Source: an uncultured delta proteobacterium (GTDB lineage Bacteria > Myxococcota_A > Polyangia > Polyangiales > Polyangiaceae). From it: a DNA stretch of 64,000 bases. The position numbers and the translations under genes were made by a program. Positions within the stretch are counted from its first letter, which is position 1; each line of letters starts with the position of its first letter. Below the pieces are notes generated by a model. The model made no database searches. It saw only the letters and a program-made list of their open reading frames with translations, and was not told the DNA's origin. Shown one piece after another: positions 49,840 to 60,280 of the stretch. The stretch spans positions 1,792,001-1,856,000 of the forward strand of contig CAWAIF010000003.1 of the NCBI GenBank assembly GCA_963782055.1. Reading direction: 5' to 3'.

Positions 49840-51035
49840 CCTCGCAGAACCTCGATGCCGGGCAGCTTCTTCCCCTCGATCAGCTCGAGCGAGGCGCCGC
49901 CGCCGGTGGAGATGTGACCCATCTTCGCGGCGATGTCGCCGCCGGCGGCGTGGACGGCCGCCGCGCTGTCGCCCCCGCCCACCACGGTGAACGCCTTCGA
50001 CGCGGCGAGCGCCGCGGCCACGCCGAAGGTACCCTTCGCGAAGGGCGCCTTCTCGAAGAGGCCCATCGGGCCGTTCCAGAAGACGGTCTTGGCGGTGGCG
50101 AGGCGCTTCGCGAAGAGCTCGACGGTCCTCGGACCGATGTCCAGGATCATCTTGCCCTCGGGGACGGCGGAGACGTCGACAATCGCACCCTCGGTGGCGT
50201 CCAGGCCGTCCGCCACGACGGCGTCGACCGGCAGCAGCACCTCCACCTTCCGCTCGCGCGCCTTCTCCAGGAGCGTGCGGGCGAGGGCGAGCTTGTCGCC
50301 CTCCACCCTGGACTTCTTGACGTCCTTGCCGGTCGCCGCGAGGAAGGTGTTGGCCATCGCCCCGCCGATGACGAGCGCGTCGACCTGCGCGAGCAGCGCC
50401 TCCACGACCGCGATCTTGTCGGAGACCTTGGCGCCGCCCAGCACCGCCACGTAGGGCTTGTCCGGCCCGAGCACCAGCTTGCCGAGCGCGTCGATCTCCT
50501 TCTCCAGCAGGAAGCCGCAGCCGCAATCGCGGAAGAGCCGCGCGACGGCGTGCACGCTGGCGTGGGCGCGGTGCACCGCGCCGAAGGCGTCGTCAACGTA
50601 CACGTCGGCCAGGGACGCGAGCTCCTTCGCGAAGCCCTCGTCGTCCTTCTCCTCCTCCGCGTGGAAGCGCAGGTTCTCCAGCAGGCACACCTGACCGTCG
50701 CGCAGGTCGAAGACCACCTTCTTCGCCGCGTCGCCCACGCAGTCCTCCGGGACGTGGACCTCCGCGCCGAGCAGCTCGGCGAGGCGCTCGCCCGCGGGGA
50801 CGAGGGAGAGCGCGGGGTCCGGCCCCTTCTTCGGGCGCCCCAGGTGGCTGGCGAGGATCACCCGCGCCCCGCGCTCCATCGCGTGCTGGATCGTGGGCAG
50901 CGCCGCGCGGATGCGGGTGTCGTCGCTGACGTCGCCGTCGGCCATCGGCACGTTGAAATCCACGCGCAAGAACAGCCGCTTGTTCTCGATGGGGAGGTCG
51001 CGGACGGTCTTGATGCCTTCGAGCGGGTTGGCCAT
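49836..51035 (-). CDS. pgk: Phosphoglycerate kinase
   Basis: RVDFNVP, SHLGRP, LENLRF, DAFG..HRAHAS, GGAKVSDK, WNGPMG, HISTGGGASLE. Confidence 0.96.
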   Translation of the reverse strand: MANPLEGIKTVRDLPIENKRLFLRVDFNVPMADGDVSDDTRIRAALPTIQHAMERGARVILASHLGRPKKGPDPALSLVPAGERLAELLGAEVHVPEDCVGDAAKKVVFDLRDGQVCLLENLRFHAEEEKDDEGFAKELASLADVYVDDAFGAVHRAHASVHAVARLFRDCGCGFLLEKEIDALGKLVLGPDKPYVAVLGGAKVSDKIAVVEALLAQVDALVIGGAMANTFLAATGKDVKKSRVEGDKLALARTLLEKARERKVEVLLPVDAVVADGLDATEGAIVDVSAVPEGKMILDIGPRTVELFAKRLATAKTVFWNGPMGLFEKAPFAKGTFGVAAALAASKAFTVVGGGDSAAAVHAAGGDIAAKMGHISTGGGASLELIEGKKLPGIEVLRG

Positions 51036-51048
51036 GGCGCGCCCCCGC

Positions 51049-52065
51049 TCACATCTTGGAGACGACCAGCTCGGCCAGGTCAATCATGCGGTTGGAGAAG
51101 CCCCACTCGTTGTCGTACCAGCTGAAGACCTTCACGAAGCGGTCTCCCATGACCTGGGTGAGCGTCGCGTCGAAGATGGAGGAGCGCGGATCGCCGATGT
51201 AGTCGCTGGAGACGAGCGGCTGCTCCTCGTAGCCGAGGATGCCCTTCATCGCGCCCTCGGAGGCGGCCTTCATCGCCGCGTTCAGCGCGTCCTTGGTGAC
51301 GGGCTTCTCGGTCTGGACGGCGAGATCGATGAGGCTGACGTCCATCGTCGGGACGCGGATGGCCTGGCCGTCGAACTTGCCCTTCAGCTCCGGGATGACC
51401 TCGGCGAGCGCCTTGGCGGCGCCGGTGGAGGTGGGGATCATGTTCTGCGCGGCCGCGCGGGCGCGCCGCAGATCGCCCTTGCGGTGCGGGGCGTCCAGGA
51501 CGTGCTGGTCGTTGGTGTAGGAGTGGATGGTCGTCATCAGGCCGTGGACCACGCCGAAGTTGTCCCGGAGGACCTTGGCCACCGGCGCGAGGCAGTTGGT
51601 GGTGCACGAGCCGTTGGAGACGATGTGGTGGTTGGCCGGATCGTAGCTGGCGTGGTTGACGCCCATGACCAGCGTGGCGTCCTGCCCCTTGGCGGGCGCG
51701 CTGATGATCACCTTCCTGGCGCCGGCGTCGAGATGCGCGCTGGCCTTCTCCCTGGTGGTGAAGAGGCCGGTGCACTCCAGCACCACGGCCGCGCCGACGT
51801 CCTTGAGGGGCAGCTTGGCGGGGTCCTTCTCGGCGGTCACCTTGATGTGCATGCCGCCGATCTCGATGCCGCCGTCCACGGCCCGCGCCTTCGGGTTCGC
51901 GCGCCCGTGCACCGTGTCGTAGTTGTAGAGGTGGGCGAGGGTCCGGGCGTCGGTGAGGTCGTTGACCAGCACGACCGGCAGGTCAGAGGCCTTGCGCGCA
52001 ACCATGGCGCGGACGAGGCACCGGCCGATGCGGCCGAAGCCGTTGATGGCGATCTTGGTGGACAT
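51049..52065 (-). CDS. gap: Glyceraldehyde-3-phosphate dehydrogenase
   Basis: INGFGRIGR, SCTTNCLAP, TSTGAAKA, RVPT, WYDNEWG. Confidence 0.97.
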   Translation of the reverse strand: MSTKIAINGFGRIGRCLVRAMVARKASDLPVVLVNDLTDARTLAHLYNYDTVHGRANPKARAVDGGIEIGGMHIKVTAEKDPAKLPLKDVGAAVVLECTGLFTTREKASAHLDAGARKVIISAPAKGQDATLVMGVNHASYDPANHHIVSNGSCTTNCLAPVAKVLRDNFGVVHGLMTTIHSYTNDQHVLDAPHRKGDLRRARAAAQNMIPTSTGAAKALAEVIPELKGKFDGQAIRVPTMDVSLIDLAVQTEKPVTKDALNAAMKAASEGAMKGILGYEEQPLVSSDYIGDPRSSIFDATLTQVMGDRFVKVFSWYDNEWGFSNRMIDLAELVVSKM

Positions 52066-52269
52066 CAGGGGCAGCTCCTTCCGAAGGGGTCGCGGAGCCT
52101 AGTCCGCTGCCCGGTGTCAGGCAACCCCGGGGGGACAGGCAGACGCTCCTGCACCCCGCAGGGGGGTGCAACGCGTGCGCCGCGCGCAGGGGATTCGCAC
52201 GGGAGCGAGCGGCTTCTGCCGGCGATCCTGCGCGAACCGCGTGGGCACGAAGGTGGCTAGCGCAAGGGT

Positions 52270-53544
52270 ATGGCCAGCCCCTACGAGGTCGCGCGGCTCG
52301 GCGGCCCGACCTTCGCGACCCCCCTGCCGACCCCCGCTCCCGGCTTCGTGGAGGACGGCGTCCGCGTCGTCCTCGACCCCGTCCTGGCCGTGCAGCACGC
52401 CGACGTGGCCTCCTTCGAGAAGGCTGGCCCCCGCGCCCGCCTGGCGTTCGAGGCGAGCGATGCCCGGGTCGGCATCGTCACCTGCGGGGGCCTCTGCCCG
52501 GGCATCAACAACGCGGTGCGGGCGCTCTTCATGGAGCTGCACCACGGCTACGGTGTGCCGGAGGTGTTCGGCTTCCGCTTCGGGCTGGAGGGGCTCGTGC
52601 GCGGCGAGCCCTCGCGGCTGACCCCGGCGCTCCTGCGGCCGGCGCACCGGATGGGCGGCAGCATCCTGGGGACCTCGCGCGGGCGGCAGCAGGTGAGCGC
52701 GATGGTGGACACGCTCGTGCGGCTGGGGTTGAACGTGCTCTTCCTCGTCGGCGGCAACGGGACGCTTCGTGCGGCCGACGCCTTGCACCAGGAGATCACC
52801 CGCCGCGGTTTGCGCATCGGCGTGGTGGTCCTGCCCAAGACCATCGACGACGACGTGCCGCTTCTGGACAAGACCTTCGGCTTCGCGACGGCCGTGGAGC
52901 ACGCGCGCGCCGCCATCGACGCGGCCCACGTGGAGGCGACGGGGGCGCGCCACGGCATCGGGATCGTGAAGCTGATGGGGCGGGACGCGGGGTTCATCGC
53001 GGCCACCGCGACGCTCGCCAGCGCGGAGGTAAACTTCTGCATGCTGCCGGAGTACCCCTTCGCGCTGGGAGGAGATCAGGGACTGCTGGCGGCCCTGGAG
53101 GAGCGCGTCGTGCGGCGAGGCCACGCCGTCGTGGTCGTCGCGGAGGGCTGCGGGGCCGCGCTGGTCGGCCCCGGCGCGCCGCGCGACCCCTCGGGGAATC
53201 TGCGCTACGCGGCGCCGGAGCTGGACATCGGGACGCACCTGCGCGACGCGGTGAAGGCGCACTTCGCGGCCTCCGGCGTGCCGGCGACGGTCAAGTACAT
53301 CGACCCGAGCTACACCATCCGCGCCGCCCCGGCGAACGCCGCCGACGCGGTCTACTGCGCGCACCTCGGTCGCCACGCCGCGCACGCGGGGATGGCGGGT
53401 CGGACCGGGGTGCTGGTCGGGCGCGTGCACGGCCTCTTCGTGCACGTGCCCGTGCCAATGGCGATGCGCGACACCCGGCACGTGGAGGCCGATCTCTGGC
53501 AGGCGGTGCGGGAGGTCACCGGCCAGCCGGCCCTGGGCGCCTGA
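52270..53544 (+). CDS. pfkA: ATP-dependent 6-phosphofructokinase (long, group X-like)
   Basis: TCGGLCPGINN, GGSILGTSRG, GGNGT, PKTIDDD, KLMGRDAG, KYIDPSYTIR. Confidence 0.88.
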   Translation: MASPYEVARLGGPTFATPLPTPAPGFVEDGVRVVLDPVLAVQHADVASFEKAGPRARLAFEASDARVGIVTCGGLCPGINNAVRALFMELHHGYGVPEVFGFRFGLEGLVRGEPSRLTPALLRPAHRMGGSILGTSRGRQQVSAMVDTLVRLGLNVLFLVGGNGTLRAADALHQEITRRGLRIGVVVLPKTIDDDVPLLDKTFGFATAVEHARAAIDAAHVEATGARHGIGIVKLMGRDAGFIAATATLASAEVNFCMLPEYPFALGGDQGLLAALEERVVRRGHAVVVVAEGCGAALVGPGAPRDPSGNLRYAAPELDIGTHLRDAVKAHFAASGVPATVKYIDPSYTIRAAPANAADAVYCAHLGRHAAHAGMAGRTGVLVGRVHGLFVHVPVPMAMRDTRHVEADLWQAVREVTGQPALGA

Positions 53545-53557
53545 GCCGGGTGGCGCG

Positions 53558-53971
53558 TCAGGGTCGGGCGGGCGCCCCGGCCTGGACGGCGTAGCTCTCG
53601 ATCCGGGCGGGATGCTCCGGGACGCCGCCGGTGAGGCCGCGCAGGACGTCCAGCGTGGAGAGCATGCCCAGCGCGACGCCGTGGGCGTCCACGACGACGA
53701 GGTGGTGGAGGTCGCCCGCCACGAGAAGCTGCGCCGCCTCCTCGAGGCTGGCGCTCGCGCTCACCGTCTGCAGGATGCTGGACATGTGGACGGGGCCGCT
53801 GCGGTCCGCCAGCTCGCGCAGGGTGATGAGGCCGACCGGCTTGTGGTCGTCATCGAGCACCGGGACCGCGCTCAGGCGGAGCTCCATCATGGGGCCGAGG
53901 GCGATCTCCAGGCGATCGCCGTCGCGCACGTAGACGAGGCGGGGGTTCATGAAGTCCGCGGCTGTCGCCAT
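53558..53971 (-). CDS. CBS-domain protein
   Basis: SAVPVLDD..PVGLIT..EL and HHLVVVD..LGMLSTLDVL tandem CBS motifs. Confidence 0.8.
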   Translation of the reverse strand: MATAADFMNPRLVYVRDGDRLEIALGPMMELRLSAVPVLDDDHKPVGLITLRELADRSGPVHMSSILQTVSASASLEEAAQLLVAGDLHHLVVVDAHGVALGMLSTLDVLRGLTGGVPEHPARIESYAVQAGAPARP

Positions 53972-54163
53972 GCTCGCGCAAGCTGCAAGAAGAAGACCGC
54001 AAGAGATTCGCTGAGGATCCGCTGAGGATCCGCGTCGCCCCGCCCGCGGAGGCTGCACGCCTTGCGGTGCGCCGCAACCTGCGCATCAGGCCCACAAAAG
54101 CCGAACCGCGCGCATGCCCTGGAGCATAGCGCGCGGCCGGCGGCGCAGCGACGTCTGGAGGCG

Positions 54164-56104
<1,941 letters not shown>

Positions 56105-56336
56105 GTGTTTACCTCGAAAACGGGCGCGGTCCTTCTAGACGTACCATCGATCCCCCGTGGCTTCCACTCGGCCAGGGACAGGTCGTCCCTCACGCGCTCC
56201 GGCCGGCTCCGGGCTGCGGCGGGGCATGCCTCTGGCCGCCCTCCCAACGTCCGCCACGGCCGGCCCATGCGCTCTTCTTGACCTTTCTTCACGGTTCGGC
56301 CGGCGGGGGTGCCGGACCAGGGGCTCTCCACGTGCC

Positions 56337-57185
56337 TCACGGCCGCCGAAGACGCTTGGATCCAACCTGCGTCGTCTGGGCGGTCGCGACAAGGCCCCCC
56401 GGAAGAAGCACGCGACCGCGCGGCGAGCTCGAGGCGGCGAGGCGCGCCAGCGCGTCCAGGGTGGCTCGTGGCAGCGGGTATGCGGGCGCGTCCGGGTCGC
56501 GCGCCTCCCCGAGCTGATCGGCCAGGGCGCAGAGGTGAAGCACGACGGTGGGGCTGAGCGACTCCAGCAGCGGGAGCACCTCCTTGCGCACGCGCACCCG
56601 CAGGAAGCGGGCGTCCTCGTTGGAGGGGTCCTGCGCGAAGGGGACGCGGTGTCGAGCCAGGTGGGCCAGCACGTCGAGCTTCCGCGCCCGGATGAGCGGC
56701 CGGACCAGCGGTCCGGCGCGCGGCGGGAGCACGGCGAGGCCGCGGGGGCCGGCGCCTCGCAGCAGGCGCAAGAGGACGGTCTCCGCGCGATCGTCGGCGT
56801 GGTGGGCCAGGGCGATGAAGCTCGCGCGGTGCTTCGCGGCGGCCTCCCGGAGGGCCGCGTGGCGCGCCTCCCGCGCTCGGGCCTGAAGGTTGCCCCCTGG
56901 CGCGACGCGCAGCGCCGTGCGGGCGAAGGGCACCTGCAGGGTCGCCGCGAAGTCGCGGGCCAGGTCCAGCTCGGCCGACGCGCCGGCGCGTAGCCCGTGG
57001 TCCACGCCGTGGGCGAGCACCTCCAGCCCGGCAGGCCGCCGCAGGGCCGCGAGCACGTCGAGCAGCGCCATGGAGTCCGGACCGCCGCTCACCCCGCACA
57101 GGATGCTCGCGCCTCGCCCGACGCCCGCCTCGCGAAGCGCCCGGCGCGCCAGGGTGATCAGCGTGGGCGGGTGCGACGAGGTCAC
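56337..57185 (-). CDS. tilS: tRNA(Ile)-lysidine synthetase
   Basis: SGGPDS, DHGLR, HHADDRAET, RPL, DPSN; conserved position upstream of ftsH. Confidence 0.92.
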   Translation of the reverse strand: MTSSHPPTLITLARRALREAGVGRGASILCGVSGGPDSMALLDVLAALRRPAGLEVLAHGVDHGLRAGASAELDLARDFAATLQVPFARTALRVAPGGNLQARAREARHAALREAAAKHRASFIALAHHADDRAETVLLRLLRGAGPRGLAVLPPRAGPLVRPLIRARKLDVLAHLARHRVPFAQDPSNEDARFLRVRVRKEVLPLLESLSPTVVLHLCALADQLGEARDPDAPAYPLPRATLDALARLAASSSPRGRVLLPGGLVATAQTTQVGSKRLRRP

Positions 57186-57370
57186 TGCAGCTCGAACTCC
57201 TTGCAGAAGACGATCTCGGGGGCGGCGAGCGGCAGGCGGTGCTCGCCGGTGGGGTAGCCGTGGCTGCACGCGGCGCGCTCGGCGTCGAAGTGCGCGCAGT
57301 CGTCGCAGCGAAAGCGCAGGTCGAAGCGCTCTGCCTCCCGGCGCAGCGTGGCGTCCACCCGCGTCCTCAC
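57182..57370 (-). CDS. Small four-Cys protein (about 62 aa)
   Basis: FRCDDCAHFD...CSHGYP...FCKEFE; GTGA overlaps with both neighbours. Confidence 0.6.
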   Translation of the reverse strand: MRTRVDATLRREAERFDLRFRCDDCAHFDAERAACSHGYPTGEHRLPLAAPEIVFCKEFELQ

Positions 57371-58665
57371 GACGCCCCGCGCTCCAGCACCACCACCGAC
57401 TCCAGGTGGCTCGTGTAGGGGAACATCTCGAACGCCTCGACGGCGCGGACGCGGTAGGCGCCGGCCAGGATGTCGAGGTCCCGCGCGAGGGTCGCCAGGT
57501 CGCACGAGACGTAGACGACGTGCCGCACGTGGCTCGCGACGAGCGCCTCGGCCGCCTGGCGCGCCCCCGTCCGCGGCGGATCGAGCACGACGAGCTGGGC
57601 TCTCGGGATGGGGAAGGCGCCGGCGTCGGCGCAGGTGACGCGGGCCTCCAGCCCCCGGGCGCGGAGGTTGCGCCGCGCCGCCTCGCACGCCGCCTCGTCC
57701 GACTCCACCGCCACGAGCTGCGCGGCGCCGCGCGCCAGCAGCACCGTGAGGTTGCCGGCGCCGGCGTACAGCTCCACCGTCCGCGCGCCCTGCGGCGCCA
57801 GGGCGGCGACGCGTCCGGCGAGCACGCGGTTCATCGCCTCCTGCGCCTGCGAGAAGCCTCCGGGGGCGAGCTCCAGCGGCGCGCCGTCGGCCCCGGCGAT
57901 CCACGGGGTGGGGTCGCCGATGACCGCCGGGCGGGTGGTCTCGCCGCACCACACCCGCACGCCCTGCAGCGCGCCGCCCTTCACCGCCTCCTCGAACCGC
58001 GCGAAGCACGCGGCGGGGAGCTCGCGCGACCAGCGGAGGTCCATCACCGGCTGCCGGGCCTCGTCACGAAGCGCCCCGAGGGCGATCGACGCCTCGCCGT
58101 CCCCCACGGCGCCTTCCAGGACCGCGGCGAGCTGCAGCCGCGCGGCGTCCAGCGCGGGGGCGAGCACCACGCACACGGGGACGTGCACCGGCTCGTGCGT
58201 GCGCGCGGCGAAGATGCCCACCTTCGCCCGACCGCCGCTGGCGCGGGCGTGGAGGCGGGCGCGGGTGCGGTACCCGAGGTCCTGCGGCGCGAGGTGGTAG
58301 GCGACGGGCACGTCGCGCCCGGCGGCCGGGAGGGCGGCGCGCAGGTGCAACAGGTGCAGGCGCTGCTGCGCCTCGCGCGCGATCGGCATCCAGTCGCAGC
58401 CACCGCACGCCTCGGCGTAGGCGCACGGCGACGGCACGCGGTCGGGCCCGGGCTCCTCGATGGTCTCGATGACCCCCCGCGCCGGTCGCCGCGCCATGTC
58501 CACCCGCACGCGCAGCCGGTCACCGGGCGCGGCCTGGCGCACCAGCACCGCGCGCCGCTCGCCCTCACGCGTGACGTGCGCCACGCCCTCGCCGCTCGGC
58601 GCGACGCCGGTGATCTCGACCGAGACCCGCTCCGCCGCGTCCTTGTCGTGCCTGGGCTTCGTCAC
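57367..58665 (-). CDS. RlmD/TrmA-family RNA (uracil-5)-methyltransferase with TRAM domain
   Basis: C.....CGGC Fe-S motif, FSQ, ELYAGAGN, LDPPRTG, YVSC, MFPYTSHLE. Confidence 0.9.
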   Translation of the reverse strand: MTKPRHDKDAAERVSVEITGVAPSGEGVAHVTREGERRAVLVRQAAPGDRLRVRVDMARRPARGVIETIEEPGPDRVPSPCAYAEACGGCDWMPIAREAQQRLHLLHLRAALPAAGRDVPVAYHLAPQDLGYRTRARLHARASGGRAKVGIFAARTHEPVHVPVCVVLAPALDAARLQLAAVLEGAVGDGEASIALGALRDEARQPVMDLRWSRELPAACFARFEEAVKGGALQGVRVWCGETTRPAVIGDPTPWIAGADGAPLELAPGGFSQAQEAMNRVLAGRVAALAPQGARTVELYAGAGNLTVLLARGAAQLVAVESDEAACEAARRNLRARGLEARVTCADAGAFPIPRAQLVVLDPPRTGARQAAEALVASHVRHVVYVSCDLATLARDLDILAGAYRVRAVEAFEMFPYTSHLESVVVLERGAS

Positions 58666-58678
58666 GGTCCTCGCCCTC

Positions 58679-60280
58679 TCACTTGCTGCACGCGTACAGC
58701 GCGTAGCCGCCCGCCGGGTCGCTCGGGAGCAGGCCCGACTTGCGGCTCGTCCACGCCACGAGCACCTTGGAGTCGGTCGCGAGCACCGCGACCGGCCCAT
58801 CGTGGAAGGTCCGGGGAACGCGCGGGTCGTCCGCGGCGCGCACGTCGCGCAGCTCGGTCGGGCTGGAGCCGCCGACACCATCGACGACGCTGATCTGCAG
58901 CGTGTCCTTCTGCTCGATCACGGCGAACGCGCGGTCCTGCGCGACCGCCAGGTCCAGCGCCTCCACGCCGGTGATGTCGGCCGCCACCAGCCCCAGCTCG
59001 TACGAGGCCCCGGACTGCCCGACGTCGTACGCGCGCAGCGCCTCGTCCTGGCCCTGGCCGGTGCCGTTGGTCAGCAGCAGCGCGCGCCCCCCGAGCGCCG
59101 CCAGCGCGGCCAGCGTGCCCTCCGGCTGATCCACGGGTGCGCCGAGGTCCTGCGGATCGGGTGACTGCGGCAGGACGAAGACGCGCGCGCCGTCGCCGCC
59201 GCCGGCGTCGGCGTCGATCTTCCCCAGCGTGGCCACGGCCAGCGAGGTGGCGCCCCGGGCGATCTGCACGCCTTTGTCCTGCGGCGCACCGAACGCGCTG
59301 GTCACCTGCGTCGTCACGCTGGTGCCGTCGGTGAGCGCCATCGTGGACGCGCCGTTCTGGCGGTACACCACCAGGTACTTGCCGCCCGCCGCCGCGGGCG
59401 CCACCGGGTGCGGGGAGACGCCGATCTCCGGCGGGGAGTTGTACAGGTAGGTGTGGCGATCGAGCACGTTGCCGTCGCCGTCGAGCGAGTACAGCTCCAG
59501 GCCGCTCCGGTTCTGGCAGGGCGGTCGCGCGAAGACGAGCAGCCCACCGGAGGAGTCCAGCGTCACCCCCACCGCGTCGAGGGTCGTCTCGCTCGGGCAG
59601 TGGCCGTCGACGTCCTGCTGCGTCGCGCCCAGGATGCCGCCCGCGTCGTCGAGCGACTCGATCGTCAGGCGCATGGAGCCGTCGCCGGGCTGGTACTCGG
59701 TGTACGCGACGAGGAAGCCCGCGGTGGTCACGGCCAGCGCGGGCGCCGAGACGAGCGGTCCGTCATCCATCGGGTCGGCGAGCGGGCCGGCGGCGAGCAG
59801 TCGCATGGAGCAGGCGGCGCCCACGGCCGGGTCCGGCGGCGGCGGCGGGACGCAGCGACCGAGGTAGCAGACCGCGCCGGAGGCGCACGCCGAAGCGTCG
59901 GGACCGTCGACGAGGGAGAGCGGGACGGCGACCGAGCCGCCGCGCGTCACGTCCTTCGGGACGCAGCCCGCCGCCACCACGCCGCAGTCGTCGCGCCGGA
60001 CGACGGCGGCGAAGCCGTAGCTCCCGCTCGGGAGGAGCCCCAGCCCCGCGGGCCCGTCATCCGCCTTGTAGGAGACCCGCGCCGTCGCGCCGGCCTGCGG
60101 GAGGCCGCCGGAGAGCTGCGAGGGTGGGGGGCACGCCCCCTTCGGAAAGGCGGCGATCTCGATCCACGCAGCCTGGTCCAGCGCGTCCTGCGGCACGTCG
60201 AGGGTCACCGAGACGCCGGGCGGATCGCACGAGCTGACGAAGAGGAGAGCGGCGAGCGCCGTGGCGCTCCGCAGGATCAT
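58679..60280 (-). CDS. Hypothetical lipoprotein
   Basis: MILRSATALAALLFVSSC lipobox; ATGA overlap with the kinase stop. Confidence 0.7.
   Translation of the reverse strand: MILRSATALAALLFVSSCDPPGVSVTLDVPQDALDQAAWIEIAAFPKGACPPPSQLSGGLPQAGATARVSYKADDGPAGLGLLPSGSYGFAAVVRRDDCGVVAAGCVPKDVTRGGSVAVPLSLVDGPDASACASGAVCYLGRCVPPPPPDPAVGAACSMRLLAAGPLADPMDDGPLVSAPALAVTTAGFLVAYTEYQPGDGSMRLTIESLDDAGGILGATQQDVDGHCPSETTLDAVGVTLDSSGGLLVFARPPCQNRSGLELYSLDGDGNVLDRHTYLYNSPPEIGVSPHPVAPAAAGGKYLVVYRQNGASTMALTDGTSVTTQVTSAFGAPQDKGVQIARGATSLAVATLGKIDADAGGGDGARVFVLPQSPDPQDLGAPVDQPEGTLAALAALGGRALLLTNGTGQGQDEALRAYDVGQSGASYELGLVAADITGVEALDLAVAQDRAFAVIEQKDTLQISVVDGVGGSSPTELRDVRAADDPRVPRTFHDGPVAVLATDSKVLVAWTSRKSGLLPSDPAGGYALYACSK

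Noticed and set aside
54009..54030. Direct repeat CGCTGAGGATC x2 upstream of the CBS gene
   Set aside because: Only two short copies; could be simple slippage, with no supporting evidence of function.
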